From the NCBI GenBank assembly GCA_036170245.1, contig JAVHOV010000036.1, positions 1 through 29,810 of the forward strand: a stretch of 29,810 bases of DNA, given 5' to 3'. Position 1 is the first letter of the stretch. Each line of letters begins with the position of its first letter. Shown one piece after another: positions 8,601 to 18,196 of the stretch. The stretch comes from an archaeon (lineage in GTDB: Archaea; Iainarchaeota; Iainarchaeia; Iainarchaeales; JAAZKV01). Under the pieces are notes generated by a model. The model was given only the letters and a program-made list of their open reading frames with translations. It was not told the origin of the DNA and did not search any database. The position numbers were made by a program, and so were the translations under genes.

Positions 8601-11600
8601 AACTCTTGAAATAACTCTTACAGAAGCATTTTCTGATCCAACAACTGAATCAGTTGCTGATTGTATTACTATCAAAATTGGTGGAACTGATATTAAGACA
8701 ATGGATACTCCTACGGTTTCTGCTGTAATTGGCGGTTCGCAAGGAAGTTTCACTGTTGATTCTAATTGTGTTGATGACAGACTTATATTGATAAAGAGTG
8801 ATCTTGGAGTTACTCCAAGTAATCAGTTCACTATTAAACATGGTGCTTCTAATGTATCTGTTACATTAAGTGATCCTGGGACAGTTGCAATACAAAGATC
8901 AGGTGTAGCAGACTCTCCTCTTCTTGGGGCTTATCCAATGCAGATATTGCAAGTAGTAAATAAATCAAAGTTTAACCAAATAGGGTTCATTGATGTTATT
9001 GTTACTCAAGATGGAAGTACATTTACATTAGCAAATCCAATCTTTGACATGAGAAGCAGCGGTTCATTTAATGGGACTATTATTAATAATAATTTCAACG
9101 GACGACAGGATATATATTATCCACAAATGGATATCAGCACAAATTCAGTTGGATTAACTTATACTAAGCCAGGTGTTCCTGCAACAGTTGACTTCAATGC
9201 AGTTGTAAAAAGCCATGCTATTGAAGCCATTTCAACTTCATACTCTTATGGTTCTTTAATCCACCAGTGGAATAAAAGAAATAAGTGTAACTCTAAAGAA
9301 ACAATTGCTGCCCCTGACGATCTTATCTTTACAGATCTTGCCCAAAGCAATTCCGCTGACAGAGTTGGATTAGTAACTGATGCAATAAATGCAGCAGAAG
9401 TTATAACAACTCCTGATGCAAATGATAGGGATCCTTCAAAATCATTTTATGCATTACCTGTTCCAATCCAGCAAAAGATTAGGTCAGAACTCTCTGCAAC
9501 AAGCGGAACATACTCGGCAACTGCTTCAACAGCACCAGTTGATTCTTCTGAACAAAAAGTGCTTCTTTCAAGCGCTTCATTTACAGCAGCTAGTGCTGAT
9601 AATGAGCTTAGCGGAGATCCAATGTCTCCCGGTACTGGCGACACTTATGAAATAATACCTACAATGGCTGGAGATTTTAGTAATTCTTCATGCGACCCAA
9701 TCCCTTACCTAAATGAAGGGGCTTGTGATGGTGTGGGCTCTGAGGAAGGATCTTATAGTGACGATGAAGGTTCTGTTGGAGTTTATGATAGCGATGCCAT
9801 TATAGATGATTCAGATTCCGGAGAAGTTAGTTCAACTTGCAGTAAGTGCGAGATAAATTATGATCGTGTAAGAATTGATCCAAAGTCTCCTACAGGTTAT
9901 GATGGATCTAGTTGCAATGGTGTTGCTTCAAGCGGGGCAAGTACCGAAGCCACTGATGTTACTTCTGGTGACGAGCTTGGCATGGGAACTTTAAGTGGGG
10001 TTGTGCAAGAAAAGGTTACTATTGGAAGCGATTCAGTTTGGACAAAAGTAGTTGAAGATGTAGTAGGCAGACTTAGAGTAATAAAAGTAGGCGGCTGTCA
10101 CCCTTGTCAAATACGTTACTTTGGGGACTGGCTTGGCGGAATTTATACTAAAGGAAAGAAGAAAAGCTGGTGGCATAGTGCTACAGGTGGATTATTTGGA
10201 AGCGGAGGATCAGTTGCAAGTATTTTTGTTCAGGATGAATACATGCACGCGGCTACATTCTTTAATGAAAGAGTATCTACTTGGTCTAAAGAATTAAGCT
10301 TTACCCCAAAAGAAGGAACAGTTGTAAGACTTGAACCAAAGTATGGATCCAATGTTAATCCAAAGTGGATGAATACTGACACTATATTTGATGAAAACGA
10401 TATTGATTATTATAAGGACAAAAATGTTCTTTTAACAGAAGACCTTGTTGTTCCACACGGACTTGTTCCTTTCTCAGTTACTGGCAGTGGCTACGGAGAA
10501 GGATACTCTGCACCAGATCCAACTAACACTTTAGTTGAATATGGAAACAATGGTTTAATTTATTCTGAATTGGACAAAAACAGTATCCCTTCAGGGGTAA
10601 GAGTATTTTTAAAAGGAGGATACATTTATGCTGAATATATTGGGGATGACAAAGCACAAACAGGAAACAATATTGACTTCACCGTTTCAAAAGTAAATTT
10701 ACAAGGCTCAGAATATGCAATAGTTTCAGTAAGAGATTGGGTGCAGGGAGTTAAAGTTGAAAAGACCTTCCAAGTAAAGCTGCTTGGAAATCCAAACAAC
10801 TGTTACTCTACTGAAGGAATTGCTGGTTTAACTGGAAAAGAATTCGCTCCTAAATTATTGTTCAACTGGGACTGGAATACAATAACTTATAACCAGTGTG
10901 ACTCAACGAATTCAAATTATACTTACTGTGATGCAGCACAGTTCACAATCAGCATGTTTAAGAGACTGCAATTGATAAACGAGACAATGCTTTTAAACAA
11001 CAACAGAATGCTTCCCCAATATGCAAGCTTCTACGCTTACTTAATAAAAGATAATTATTCTAGAGCATTTTTGAATGACTTTGATTATTATTATTCAACA
11101 ACTGCTTTTTCAAGCAATGGATTCAACTCAACAAGCGACTCAACTGGATATGATAAATTTATTTCTGAAAATAAGATTGACTATAATCTTAAGACTGGAG
11201 TGGCAAATATCTCATCTGGCGCTTTGGACAAAGGCGGACTTTATAGAGTAGAAATTGAAACTGTATTTGATAACTCCTCAGTTAAGAGTTTGTTCAACCA
11301 AGGAAATACTAATGCAAATATACATGTTATATTTACAAAAATAAAGGAAGCTCCAAATTACAATTTATTCTATGAAACTCCATTCGATGGAGGAGTTGGA
11401 AAGCAGGCTGATGGAACGTTCAAGAGAGTGGGATACGGAACATCACTTGCTGAAGGAGCAGTATTTATTACAGATTCAACAGAAGCTGGCGCAATTCAGG
11501 CAAGAAATTACACTTCGAGCGCTTTAGTTAATATAATTTATTCAAGTTCAGAAGGACTTGCAGTGCTAAATAACCAAAAAGTACTTACTTACACTGATAA

Positions 11601-12222
11601 TGGTTCAAACGGAAAGACTCTTGAATTCAATCCCATGCAGCCAACTCCAATTGTATTATCTATAAAAGATATTGTAGCAGGAAATAATTCTGCAGAAAGA
11701 ACAGTTAAAGCACCTTATGTTATAAGCGGAAACGGATCTAGCGAATCAACTAACAGAACTTGGCAGTTAGTTTCATCAACTCTTGGAAATTCTGGAAAGT
11801 GCACTGATTTTTTAGGAAACCAGGCTTATTCATTCACTGAGCAGAGCAATGGTGCTGAAAAATACTTCCAATGGGAAAAAGTAATTAAATCAGGAACAGT
11901 TGAACTTGGGACAGTATTCTTTACTCCTCCAAATTCAAATACAAAAGTTGATATTTCAAGTGCATACGCAACTAAATTAAAGTTGCTAACTGGTGCAGGA
12001 AGTTCACTTACTTTAGGAACTGCAGTTCAACTTGCAAATTATGATAAAGCTGAATACAATAAATACCAGTCAATAAAAGGAATGCTTGACATGATTGCTG
12101 AAGGAAAATTGTGTGTTTCACAAAACGCTGCAATTAACTTGCAGATATGGTGGAGCCAAGATTATTTGAATGCATTAATAGATTCAGTTCCTTATAACAA
12201 AACAAATTCATGTCTTGATTAG
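5611..12222 (+). CDS. Giant membrane-anchored surface protein with N-terminal carboxypeptidase-regulatory-like (prealbumin-fold) beta domains
   Basis: N-terminal TM segment; repeated V-x-V...G-x-P-V-x-x-A-x-V...TD-x-x-G patterns (TDSEGKATF, TDSNGRVEF, TDENGEW); Ser/Thr/Asn-rich with many N-x-S/T sequons. The start may be TTG at 5620, using GTGAT as RBS. Confidence 0.8.
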   Translation: MIFLGIYTYLEDKWYDLVDWLNQYIPIANVVDSVDRVIPSFILFLALLLLLLVGIFVLIFSGGGAGFGSVFEAEVTVLSRQGAPVPEAIVSFGQVCSTLGDVTIRTDSEGKATFKACSDSANVRVSKEGYSTLSQDISFENNKAKIYLSQLTTAQRIINLKVKDSSKKIIPDAKLYLLCVKGGNIDVNLAENGNQSSSGYLITLPSGCDSIQLKATAEGYNEKKEIIGLVEENKTIFLEKNETNGTVVFTVDSASGKKDAVILVTDELGREDTIIIDDSTGSSTKNYSSGSYSYTATLYGVQKSGTFIVTTGQTTDVEIFFKSVTPASIDPVVKGTASGIYLKLLDGNIGVGGAELRVFYKKGNDTNYFTKLYSSYSGIVGHSPVSDYNSKEYYVLIKSLEYETKLVKVDLKTATEAPQEIILSKGGADLKIKVIDDVNAVVKNAVVSLKKSDFGIANFEEPQTTDSNGRVEFKSLPNGYYKITGVSSTQEGTIGSLRVSGDAEVVLTIVTGTGSIKFNLIDNKGETRNAYCELFESVNNSNDVLLSSANTTLGYFQAASLKAKKNIYLSVPDTNYIYVESPVVEVKRGTQTRDIILYKQSELPNSNKVQMFLEGIFESNPWATNESKATKLLPGKKYYMLFTLIANNETSVNTTANIFVSPKDKNAIDANTKMFLEDAYSTRSAIVQTSLVMNSSIIPYNPLTPSNPTHAKQLNVYFGEKQGLIAFPLLVQVSIDANAVGSTTLYWEGIAGNNKSILYSKEFTLGQSFCFGAHDCPDLLFSNYIKRQGTNESWVPIGNYSTIQIGELYDLNVVVENLTDVEIGSANIVGKIKPTSQTKVLFENDLNKVLSSVNVSQFDTNWAKFVLEPLAVSPAVSVIESLENGSELSSYNGNNAEVKFAVKNKEDINMQVIATNTLNTIYAGTEYSLFYIKTFYKSNKLPSKTIWEAKVKGANFSFATGTTDENGEWLGSMDFSGFEKGTVIVFTAHDANGSNPATLEITLTEAFSDPTTESVADCITIKIGGTDIKTMDTPTVSAVIGGSQGSFTVDSNCVDDRLILIKSDLGVTPSNQFTIKHGASNVSVTLSDPGTVAIQRSGVADSPLLGAYPMQILQVVNKSKFNQIGFIDVIVTQDGSTFTLANPIFDMRSSGSFNGTIINNNFNGRQDIYYPQMDISTNSVGLTYTKPGVPATVDFNAVVKSHAIEAISTSYSYGSLIHQWNKRNKCNSKETIAAPDDLIFTDLAQSNSADRVGLVTDAINAAEVITTPDANDRDPSKSFYALPVPIQQKIRSELSATSGTYSATASTAPVDSSEQKVLLSSASFTAASADNELSGDPMSPGTGDTYEIIPTMAGDFSNSSCDPIPYLNEGACDGVGSEEGSYSDDEGSVGVYDSDAIIDDSDSGEVSSTCSKCEINYDRVRIDPKSPTGYDGSSCNGVASSGASTEATDVTSGDELGMGTLSGVVQEKVTIGSDSVWTKVVEDVVGRLRVIKVGGCHPCQIRYFGDWLGGIYTKGKKKSWWHSATGGLFGSGGSVASIFVQDEYMHAATFFNERVSTWSKELSFTPKEGTVVRLEPKYGSNVNPKWMNTDTIFDENDIDYYKDKNVLLTEDLVVPHGLVPFSVTGSGYGEGYSAPDPTNTLVEYGNNGLIYSELDKNSIPSGVRVFLKGGYIYAEYIGDDKAQTGNNIDFTVSKVNLQGSEYAIVSVRDWVQGVKVEKTFQVKLLGNPNNCYSTEGIAGLTGKEFAPKLLFNWDWNTITYNQCDSTNSNYTYCDAAQFTISMFKRLQLINETMLLNNNRMLPQYASFYAYLIKDNYSRAFLNDFDYYYSTTAFSSNGFNSTSDSTGYDKFISENKIDYNLKTGVANISSGALDKGGLYRVEIETVFDNSSVKSLFNQGNTNANIHVIFTKIKEAPNYNLFYETPFDGGVGKQADGTFKRVGYGTSLAEGAVFITDSTEAGAIQARNYTSSALVNIIYSSSEGLAVLNNQKVLTYTDNGSNGKTLEFNPMQPTPIVLSIKDIVAGNNSAERTVKAPYVISGNGSSESTNRTWQLVSSTLGNSGKCTDFLGNQAYSFTEQSNGAEKYFQWEKVIKSGTVELGTVFFTPPNSNTKVDISSAYATKLKLLTGAGSSLTLGTAVQLANYDKAEYNKYQSIKGMLDMIAEGKLCVSQNAAINLQIWWSQDYLNALIDSVPYNKTNSCLD

Positions 12223-12307
12223 AGTTCATTTAACAGTTCTTTTTTAAAAACTTAAAGTATTTAAATTAAGAAATTCTTTATACTAGTGAATTTGTTGGTG
12301 CTAAATA

Positions 12308-15300
12308 ATGCCTGATATTAAAAATATTGATTCTGAAGAAGGGTATTACACTGATTATAACGAAAAAGAAACTAAAAATACTTCCTCTAAAGAATTTCCT
12401 TTAAAAAAAATTATGGTTGTTTTATTAATCATTTTTGTAATAGGAATTGTTTTAATTTTAGCAATTAATTTATTTTCTCAAGGAAATAATTTACTATTTT
12501 TTTCAGGAGACGGGAGCATATTCAAACAAAATGTGACTGTTTCAAAGAATGGACAAATGATTGAATCTTTTTACAGTGATGGTAACAATTTAGTCCTTAA
12601 AGGAAATCCTCTTGATTCAATTAAGGGAAAAATTTCTTCTCCTCTTTTATCAGGTGGAAAGAAAAACGGAAAAATAACTATTACTGGTGGGGGAGGGAGA
12701 ATCACTATTTTAAATTCAGGAGAAGGATTTTTTATTGATGAAAAAGGAAATGTTATTTTCACTGTGAGCCCTTCAGATCTAATTGATTTGGATGAGTACT
12801 ATGATGAAAATAGCAATGAATACATTTTTCCTGAAGATTTTAATTATTCTACAACATTTGAATTTATTGTAACTGATGAAAACACGGGTGAAGAAACAAT
12901 AATAATTGCTCCAGTGGATTTTATTTTTAGCAATCAAAATTCAAATTCTTGCATAGCTCTCAACAGATCTTTTATCAACGAATCAACACATTATGGTTCT
13001 CTTACAGCAGGAGTTCTAGTTGATGTACTGTGTGAATCTTATTCAAATTTGACTTCTGGTGTAGTTTGGGAAAGCGAAAGAATGGGAAATGTTGAATTAA
13101 TTTTTGGAAATTATAATTATGCTTCAGTTCTTGCGGATTATAATAAAGCTGTTCTTCCTATTCCTCCAACAGGAGAATATCCTTTAATAATAATTTTTAC
13201 TCCATTTAAAGAAGCTGCTGGGAAAAAAGCCTATTTCTCAGTTAATTTTACACTCAACGGAGTTACTTCAAAAATAGATTTTGAAGTTCCAATTGATAAT
13301 CTTGAACAATGTGTTCAAATAACTCCTGCTGATCAATTGGTGTTGAAAAAAGATGATGAATCAGTTTCATTCAAAGTTGATGTGTCTTCATGTTACTCTA
13401 ACAGAATAACTGTTTCTTTGTGTGATAATGACAGCGGATGCTCTGGAGGAACTCAAGGGGGAATCAATTTATCCCAATACAGTTTCCAGTTAAGTCCGAA
13501 AGGCAATTCAAGTAAATTAGTAAGCATTACAAAGGGCGACATGGCAGGGGCATATGGTATTCCAATTTATGCAAGAGTTACTGGTGCATCAAAAGTATTA
13601 GTTGATGAAAAAACAGTTATTGTAGAACCATTTAATGGTGAAACTGTTTTCCCCGAAAAATATGTTGTTTCAACTATTGGCACTGGGAAAGATTCAATCA
13701 CTGTCAGAAACAATGATTTAGCTGAAGAAGTTGAAGTCAATTCCAGCATATGTACATTATACAAAAGTTCACTTGGAATAAGTGCTGGAGCAAATATTTC
13801 TTCATACAATTCTCAATTATTTGGAAAGAGCTGGCTTGCTTCACTTTCAAGTGATTCTGAAAAATATGCAGGAAGCGGGAAATATCAGGCTGCGTTATTC
13901 AGTCTTATGGGGCAGCTTGAAAAAAAGAGAATAGAAGTTCAAAATGAATCCTATGCAAAAAATTCTTCAATAAAAAAATCTTACTTAATGACTGCTGATG
14001 TGTTGGCTAAAGTGAATGCTGCAAATGATAATACTGACTCAATGTTAAAATACTTGAAAAATGTTGACGATAAAATACAGGCTGCAAATGATTATTCTGA
14101 GACAGATATGGCTAGTCAGATTGTTAGTCTTTCAACAGGAGCTTCAACACTATTTACCTCTGCGACATTCTTATCTGCAGATGTTGATGCCGCAGTTGCT
14201 GCGGTAAATGCTGCAAATGCAACTGGTATTGCATGTATTCCATCAAAACCAGGTGTAACTGCTGCTACAGTTGCAACTACAAAAGCTGCAGAAGCTTCTG
14301 CTTCACTGGTCGCCACTACTTCAACAATTTTAGGTATTGCGGGTTCAACTTACGGATTGTACACTGGAATGATTGGACTAACTAGTGATGTTGAGGAAGT
14401 AAATTCTGCATCTGCTTTAAACAATACAAAAAAGACAATTGAGAAACTTCAAGCTGCAAGAGAAGAAGCCAAAACTGCTCTTTCCTTTGCTGAATTAATG
14501 CTGATAAGCGCATCAATAGACAGTTTTTATTCAATATCAAAAGAAGATTTAACTGCAGAAGATTATGAGGGGGATGTTCTAACCCACATTCAAAATGTTT
14601 TGGATCTTTTGGGAGATGCTCAAACATACTTAACTAATGCAATGGATGATATTACAATAGGGCTTCCTGACACTAAATCAAATGTTGAATCAATCATAAG
14701 CATAGCAGCTTCTGTTGCAAGTCTTGTTACAATGCTTCCTGGTGCAGAAGCAAATGCCAGTGAAGTAATATCTGAAATGAACATTGCTTTTACTTCAATG
14801 AATACTGCTGTAGCTGCAGCAACTCCTGCCTGTGATGTTCCTGCTACTAGTGCGGCTTGCTGTCCGTTTGTTCCATTAGGGACGACTGCTGCTACAAAAT
14901 TAGGTGCAACAAACCTGACTGGACTTTCAACTCTTGCTTCAGTTACGCAATATGCTTCTATTGTTAATACTTGTTACAGTCTTCTTAGAACATATCAGAC
15001 GTTGACTGACAATTATGCAGAGGATTACTCAAAAGCAGCTACCCAGATGAGCGATTTAATTCCAAAAATAAATGAAGCAAAATTAGCTGCGCAAGCACTT
15101 GTTGATTTTCTTCCAACTTCAATTGATGCGACAAACTGGCTTGGAGTTGAATCAAAGAAAACAAGTGACGTTGCAAATTATACTAGCGAAGAATATGGTA
15201 TTGATGACGAGCAATATAATAAGAAAAGATTGAATGGAGTGGTGGGAACAGTTCTTGCAAATGCATTTGTTAATGGAGCATATGAAGGGGGAGTTTATTC

Positions 15301-17521
15301 TGAAGAAAGCAATGCTTACTTAAGCGGGGCAAGCACATCAAGCAAAATGTGTGATGATAAAAATAAACTAACTTTTGCTGACGAATCAGCTTGGAAAGAG
15401 AACTGTGCAAATAAAGTGAAACTTACTCTTTTAGATTATAAACTAAATTTGCTCCAAGATGCTCAAAAACCAAATCTTTCTACTCAAGGAATAGTTACTT
15501 ATTGGGATTTTTCTAATTCTAAAGTATATGATGTATTTGAAGAACAAACTGTAGATTTGTTATTTGCAAATACTGGACTCACTAAAAATACTTACGGGGT
15601 ACTGGAATTTCCTTTAACAAAACATATTCATGCTAATCCCACAGAAGTTACTTCAAATTTTGGTCCATTTGATGTTCCTGATGAATCTGAAAATATTACT
15701 TACAAGTACCACATGAAATTTAATACTGTTCCAAGAAAAAGTAATAACTACACAAAAGAAACAGGGGCTAACAGTTGCAGTATTGGGATACTGCGAGGAG
15801 ATACAGGAAATACTCAAAGCCTTCCAAAGATTATTCTTTCATGGGATTGGAACAGTGTTGTTCTTCCTACTGAATCACAAATGCAAAATAATTCAAATTA
15901 TTCAAGAAAACTTAATTCAGCAGTAATTGGAACTAATTCGCCTAATGAACCTTATCTTGATGCATCCCAGTTAAGCATACTTATAAGCAAAAAACTTGGG
16001 TCCCTTGAGTATTTCCTAGATAGTGTTCAAACTGGTTGCCCACTTAACCCAGTGGATGAAATACTTACTCAAATAGCACCTAATATTGTTGTACAAAGCC
16101 AAAATGAAACTGGCTATACTTCTGAAGAAATTACTCCTACAACGCAGAAGTGTTACCTTCCTTTAACTACAAGAGAATATGATGGAAAACCAGCTTTATA
16201 CTATTACTTGTCTAAATCAAATACTTCACAAGATGCTGATTTCTTTAATTCGGCAAAAGATATTCAGAAAACAAATACTAGAGAAGAATTCTTAACATTA
16301 GTTGATTTTAATGCGTTTTTAATGAGAGATGGATATGGAATTGATTTCCAAAGTGATTTTGTTACAAGTTTCTCTACAAAATTATTTGCTTCATCTTATT
16401 CTTTCCTCAATGATCAATCAGGGCTAAAAACATATTTCTTTAATCCTGACAGATTTTATTTTAGTTCAAAAGCAAATTCATTGGTGTCAAAGAAAGAATG
16501 GGCTTTACCAGATGCGGGGAAATATAGAGTTAGAGCAGTAATTGATTTTGATAATACTGCAAAATTATTTGAATCATCTTCAACTGCAGCAAAAATAATT
16601 ATTTTGCTTGATTTAATTGAACCAGTAAGCAGTGACTATAGTCCTCTCTACTACACTCCTATTGATGGATTCACTGGACTTTCTGCAAATAACAATAGAA
16701 TTGGATACGGTTCTGCACTATCAGGCGGATATGATTTACCAATAGTTAATTCTCAAGGGGCAATTCTTTCAACCCAGCAAAAAAATTCCTTAGCCAAGAT
16801 AAAACTTGTAAAATCCAGTGATTTCTTTTTGCTAAATGCTCTGCCTTCAATGCGCTCAAAAATACTTGACTATAGTTTATCTTTGATATTGACTAATGAA
16901 TCTTCAATAGTATTTACTCCTACTACTGCCACTCCTTTGCTGTTTGAAATAAATGAAACCCAAGGAAACAGAACTCTGTTGAATTACTCAGTAGCAAGAG
17001 AAAATACTGAATTAATTTCAGGAATGAATTCATTATTTATTTTATCTAAATTAGATGGCTGTTATGATTATACAGGAAAAGAAGAATCTGCATTTGTGAA
17101 CAATGGGCCGGATTATGGGAACGGTTTAATATTTGGATTATACTTGCCTATTGCTAAAAATGATGGGTTAAATTTTGTTAAGACTGTAGCATATGCTCCA
17201 ACTCAAAATAATTACTATTTGAAGAAACCATTAATGGGTACAATTTATTCTCCTCTTTCACCAAATGCAACAAATAATGATATTATTCTAAGCGGAGTGC
17301 CAAATATGAAATCAAATAATTCAATAGGTAATGAAACAGTTGATTCATTGGAAAAGATAATGCAGGGAGTAGAAGCAGGAACTATTTGCGTTGCAAATCT
17401 AGGGACAAGAGAGGTATTCTTTTGGCCAGAAGAAAATATGTTTGATAAGAAGTACGTTGGTGAAGAATTTAGTCAAAAGCAATTGAGTGCAATGAATAGT
17501 TGTACAAAACAACAAAACTAA
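12308..17521 (+). CDS. Giant membrane-anchored surface protein, paralog of the upstream gene, with a central Ala/Thr-rich helical region
   Basis: GGTG RBS; N-terminal TM (IMVVLLIIFVIGIVLILAINLF); C-terminal motifs shared with the 2203-aa protein (PKxxxxWDWN, RxGYG, TPxDG). Confidence 0.8.
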   Translation: MPDIKNIDSEEGYYTDYNEKETKNTSSKEFPLKKIMVVLLIIFVIGIVLILAINLFSQGNNLLFFSGDGSIFKQNVTVSKNGQMIESFYSDGNNLVLKGNPLDSIKGKISSPLLSGGKKNGKITITGGGGRITILNSGEGFFIDEKGNVIFTVSPSDLIDLDEYYDENSNEYIFPEDFNYSTTFEFIVTDENTGEETIIIAPVDFIFSNQNSNSCIALNRSFINESTHYGSLTAGVLVDVLCESYSNLTSGVVWESERMGNVELIFGNYNYASVLADYNKAVLPIPPTGEYPLIIIFTPFKEAAGKKAYFSVNFTLNGVTSKIDFEVPIDNLEQCVQITPADQLVLKKDDESVSFKVDVSSCYSNRITVSLCDNDSGCSGGTQGGINLSQYSFQLSPKGNSSKLVSITKGDMAGAYGIPIYARVTGASKVLVDEKTVIVEPFNGETVFPEKYVVSTIGTGKDSITVRNNDLAEEVEVNSSICTLYKSSLGISAGANISSYNSQLFGKSWLASLSSDSEKYAGSGKYQAALFSLMGQLEKKRIEVQNESYAKNSSIKKSYLMTADVLAKVNAANDNTDSMLKYLKNVDDKIQAANDYSETDMASQIVSLSTGASTLFTSATFLSADVDAAVAAVNAANATGIACIPSKPGVTAATVATTKAAEASASLVATTSTILGIAGSTYGLYTGMIGLTSDVEEVNSASALNNTKKTIEKLQAAREEAKTALSFAELMLISASIDSFYSISKEDLTAEDYEGDVLTHIQNVLDLLGDAQTYLTNAMDDITIGLPDTKSNVESIISIAASVASLVTMLPGAEANASEVISEMNIAFTSMNTAVAAATPACDVPATSAACCPFVPLGTTAATKLGATNLTGLSTLASVTQYASIVNTCYSLLRTYQTLTDNYAEDYSKAATQMSDLIPKINEAKLAAQALVDFLPTSIDATNWLGVESKKTSDVANYTSEEYGIDDEQYNKKRLNGVVGTVLANAFVNGAYEGGVYSEESNAYLSGASTSSKMCDDKNKLTFADESAWKENCANKVKLTLLDYKLNLLQDAQKPNLSTQGIVTYWDFSNSKVYDVFEEQTVDLLFANTGLTKNTYGVLEFPLTKHIHANPTEVTSNFGPFDVPDESENITYKYHMKFNTVPRKSNNYTKETGANSCSIGILRGDTGNTQSLPKIILSWDWNSVVLPTESQMQNNSNYSRKLNSAVIGTNSPNEPYLDASQLSILISKKLGSLEYFLDSVQTGCPLNPVDEILTQIAPNIVVQSQNETGYTSEEITPTTQKCYLPLTTREYDGKPALYYYLSKSNTSQDADFFNSAKDIQKTNTREEFLTLVDFNAFLMRDGYGIDFQSDFVTSFSTKLFASSYSFLNDQSGLKTYFFNPDRFYFSSKANSLVSKKEWALPDAGKYRVRAVIDFDNTAKLFESSSTAAKIIILLDLIEPVSSDYSPLYYTPIDGFTGLSANNNRIGYGSALSGGYDLPIVNSQGAILSTQQKNSLAKIKLVKSSDFFLLNALPSMRSKILDYSLSLILTNESSIVFTPTTATPLLFEINETQGNRTLLNYSVARENTELISGMNSLFILSKLDGCYDYTGKEESAFVNNGPDYGNGLIFGLYLPIAKNDGLNFVKTVAYAPTQNNYYLKKPLMGTIYSPLSPNATNNDIILSGVPNMKSNNSIGNETVDSLEKIMQGVEAGTICVANLGTREVFFWPEENMFDKKYVGEEFSQKQLSAMNSCTKQQN

Positions 17522-17554
17522 TTATAAAATTTCACTTTAAAAAATTTAGTTTGT

Positions 17555-18124
17555 TTATTTTATTCTCATTCTTGCTTTTAGTAGTCTGTCTTTATTTAGA
17601 ATGTTTTGCGGAGCAATAGTTTGCTTTGACAAAAAATTTTTTTTAATTAAGTTTCTTCTTGCTGCTTTTCGTTTTAGGTGAGCTTCAAGAGTTTTAATTG
17701 AATTATTTGGATCATTAGCTTCAGTAGCTTTTGGCTTATAATTGCTTCGCTTCATATAAAATTCGTCTGCAAGTGAAACAAGTTCTGCACGATGAACTCT
17801 TCTTGCAATAAAGTAAGAGTTAAGTTTTCCAACTAATTTTGGTCCGATTCTTCTGTGTTTCAAACCTTTTCTGGTTGAGACAACTAATACTTCTCCAAGC
17901 TTTTCTCCATTATCTTTAATTATCCTGCCTTTAACATAGCCAACTATTTTTCTTTGACCTGAAACATTTTCTCGTGCAACAAACACAACTTCGTTTTTTG
18001 ACTCAGGGACATGAGTCATTTTTGAGTAAAACTGATCCATTTCATTTTTTAGTTCAGTTAAATCAGATTTTTTTGCAACACTGACTGAAACGCTCAAGGG
18101 AGGCAATTTAATTTTTGAATCCAT
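17555..18124 (-). CDS. GNAT-family N-acetyltransferase-like protein with basic C-terminal tail
   Basis: KIVGYVKG strand, motif-A-like VSTRKGLKHRRIGPKLV, and ADEFYMK. Confidence 0.6.
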   Translation of the reverse strand: MDSKIKLPPLSVSVSVAKKSDLTELKNEMDQFYSKMTHVPESKNEVVFVARENVSGQRKIVGYVKGRIIKDNGEKLGEVLVVSTRKGLKHRRIGPKLVGKLNSYFIARRVHRAELVSLADEFYMKRSNYKPKATEANDPNNSIKTLEAHLKRKAARRNLIKKNFLSKQTIAPQNILNKDRLLKARMRIK

Positions 18125-18196
18125 GTTAATTAATTTGACTTTAGAAAATAAAATACTTGCTTTTTACTGCAAAATCAATCTTTCAGAGGCCAGCAG

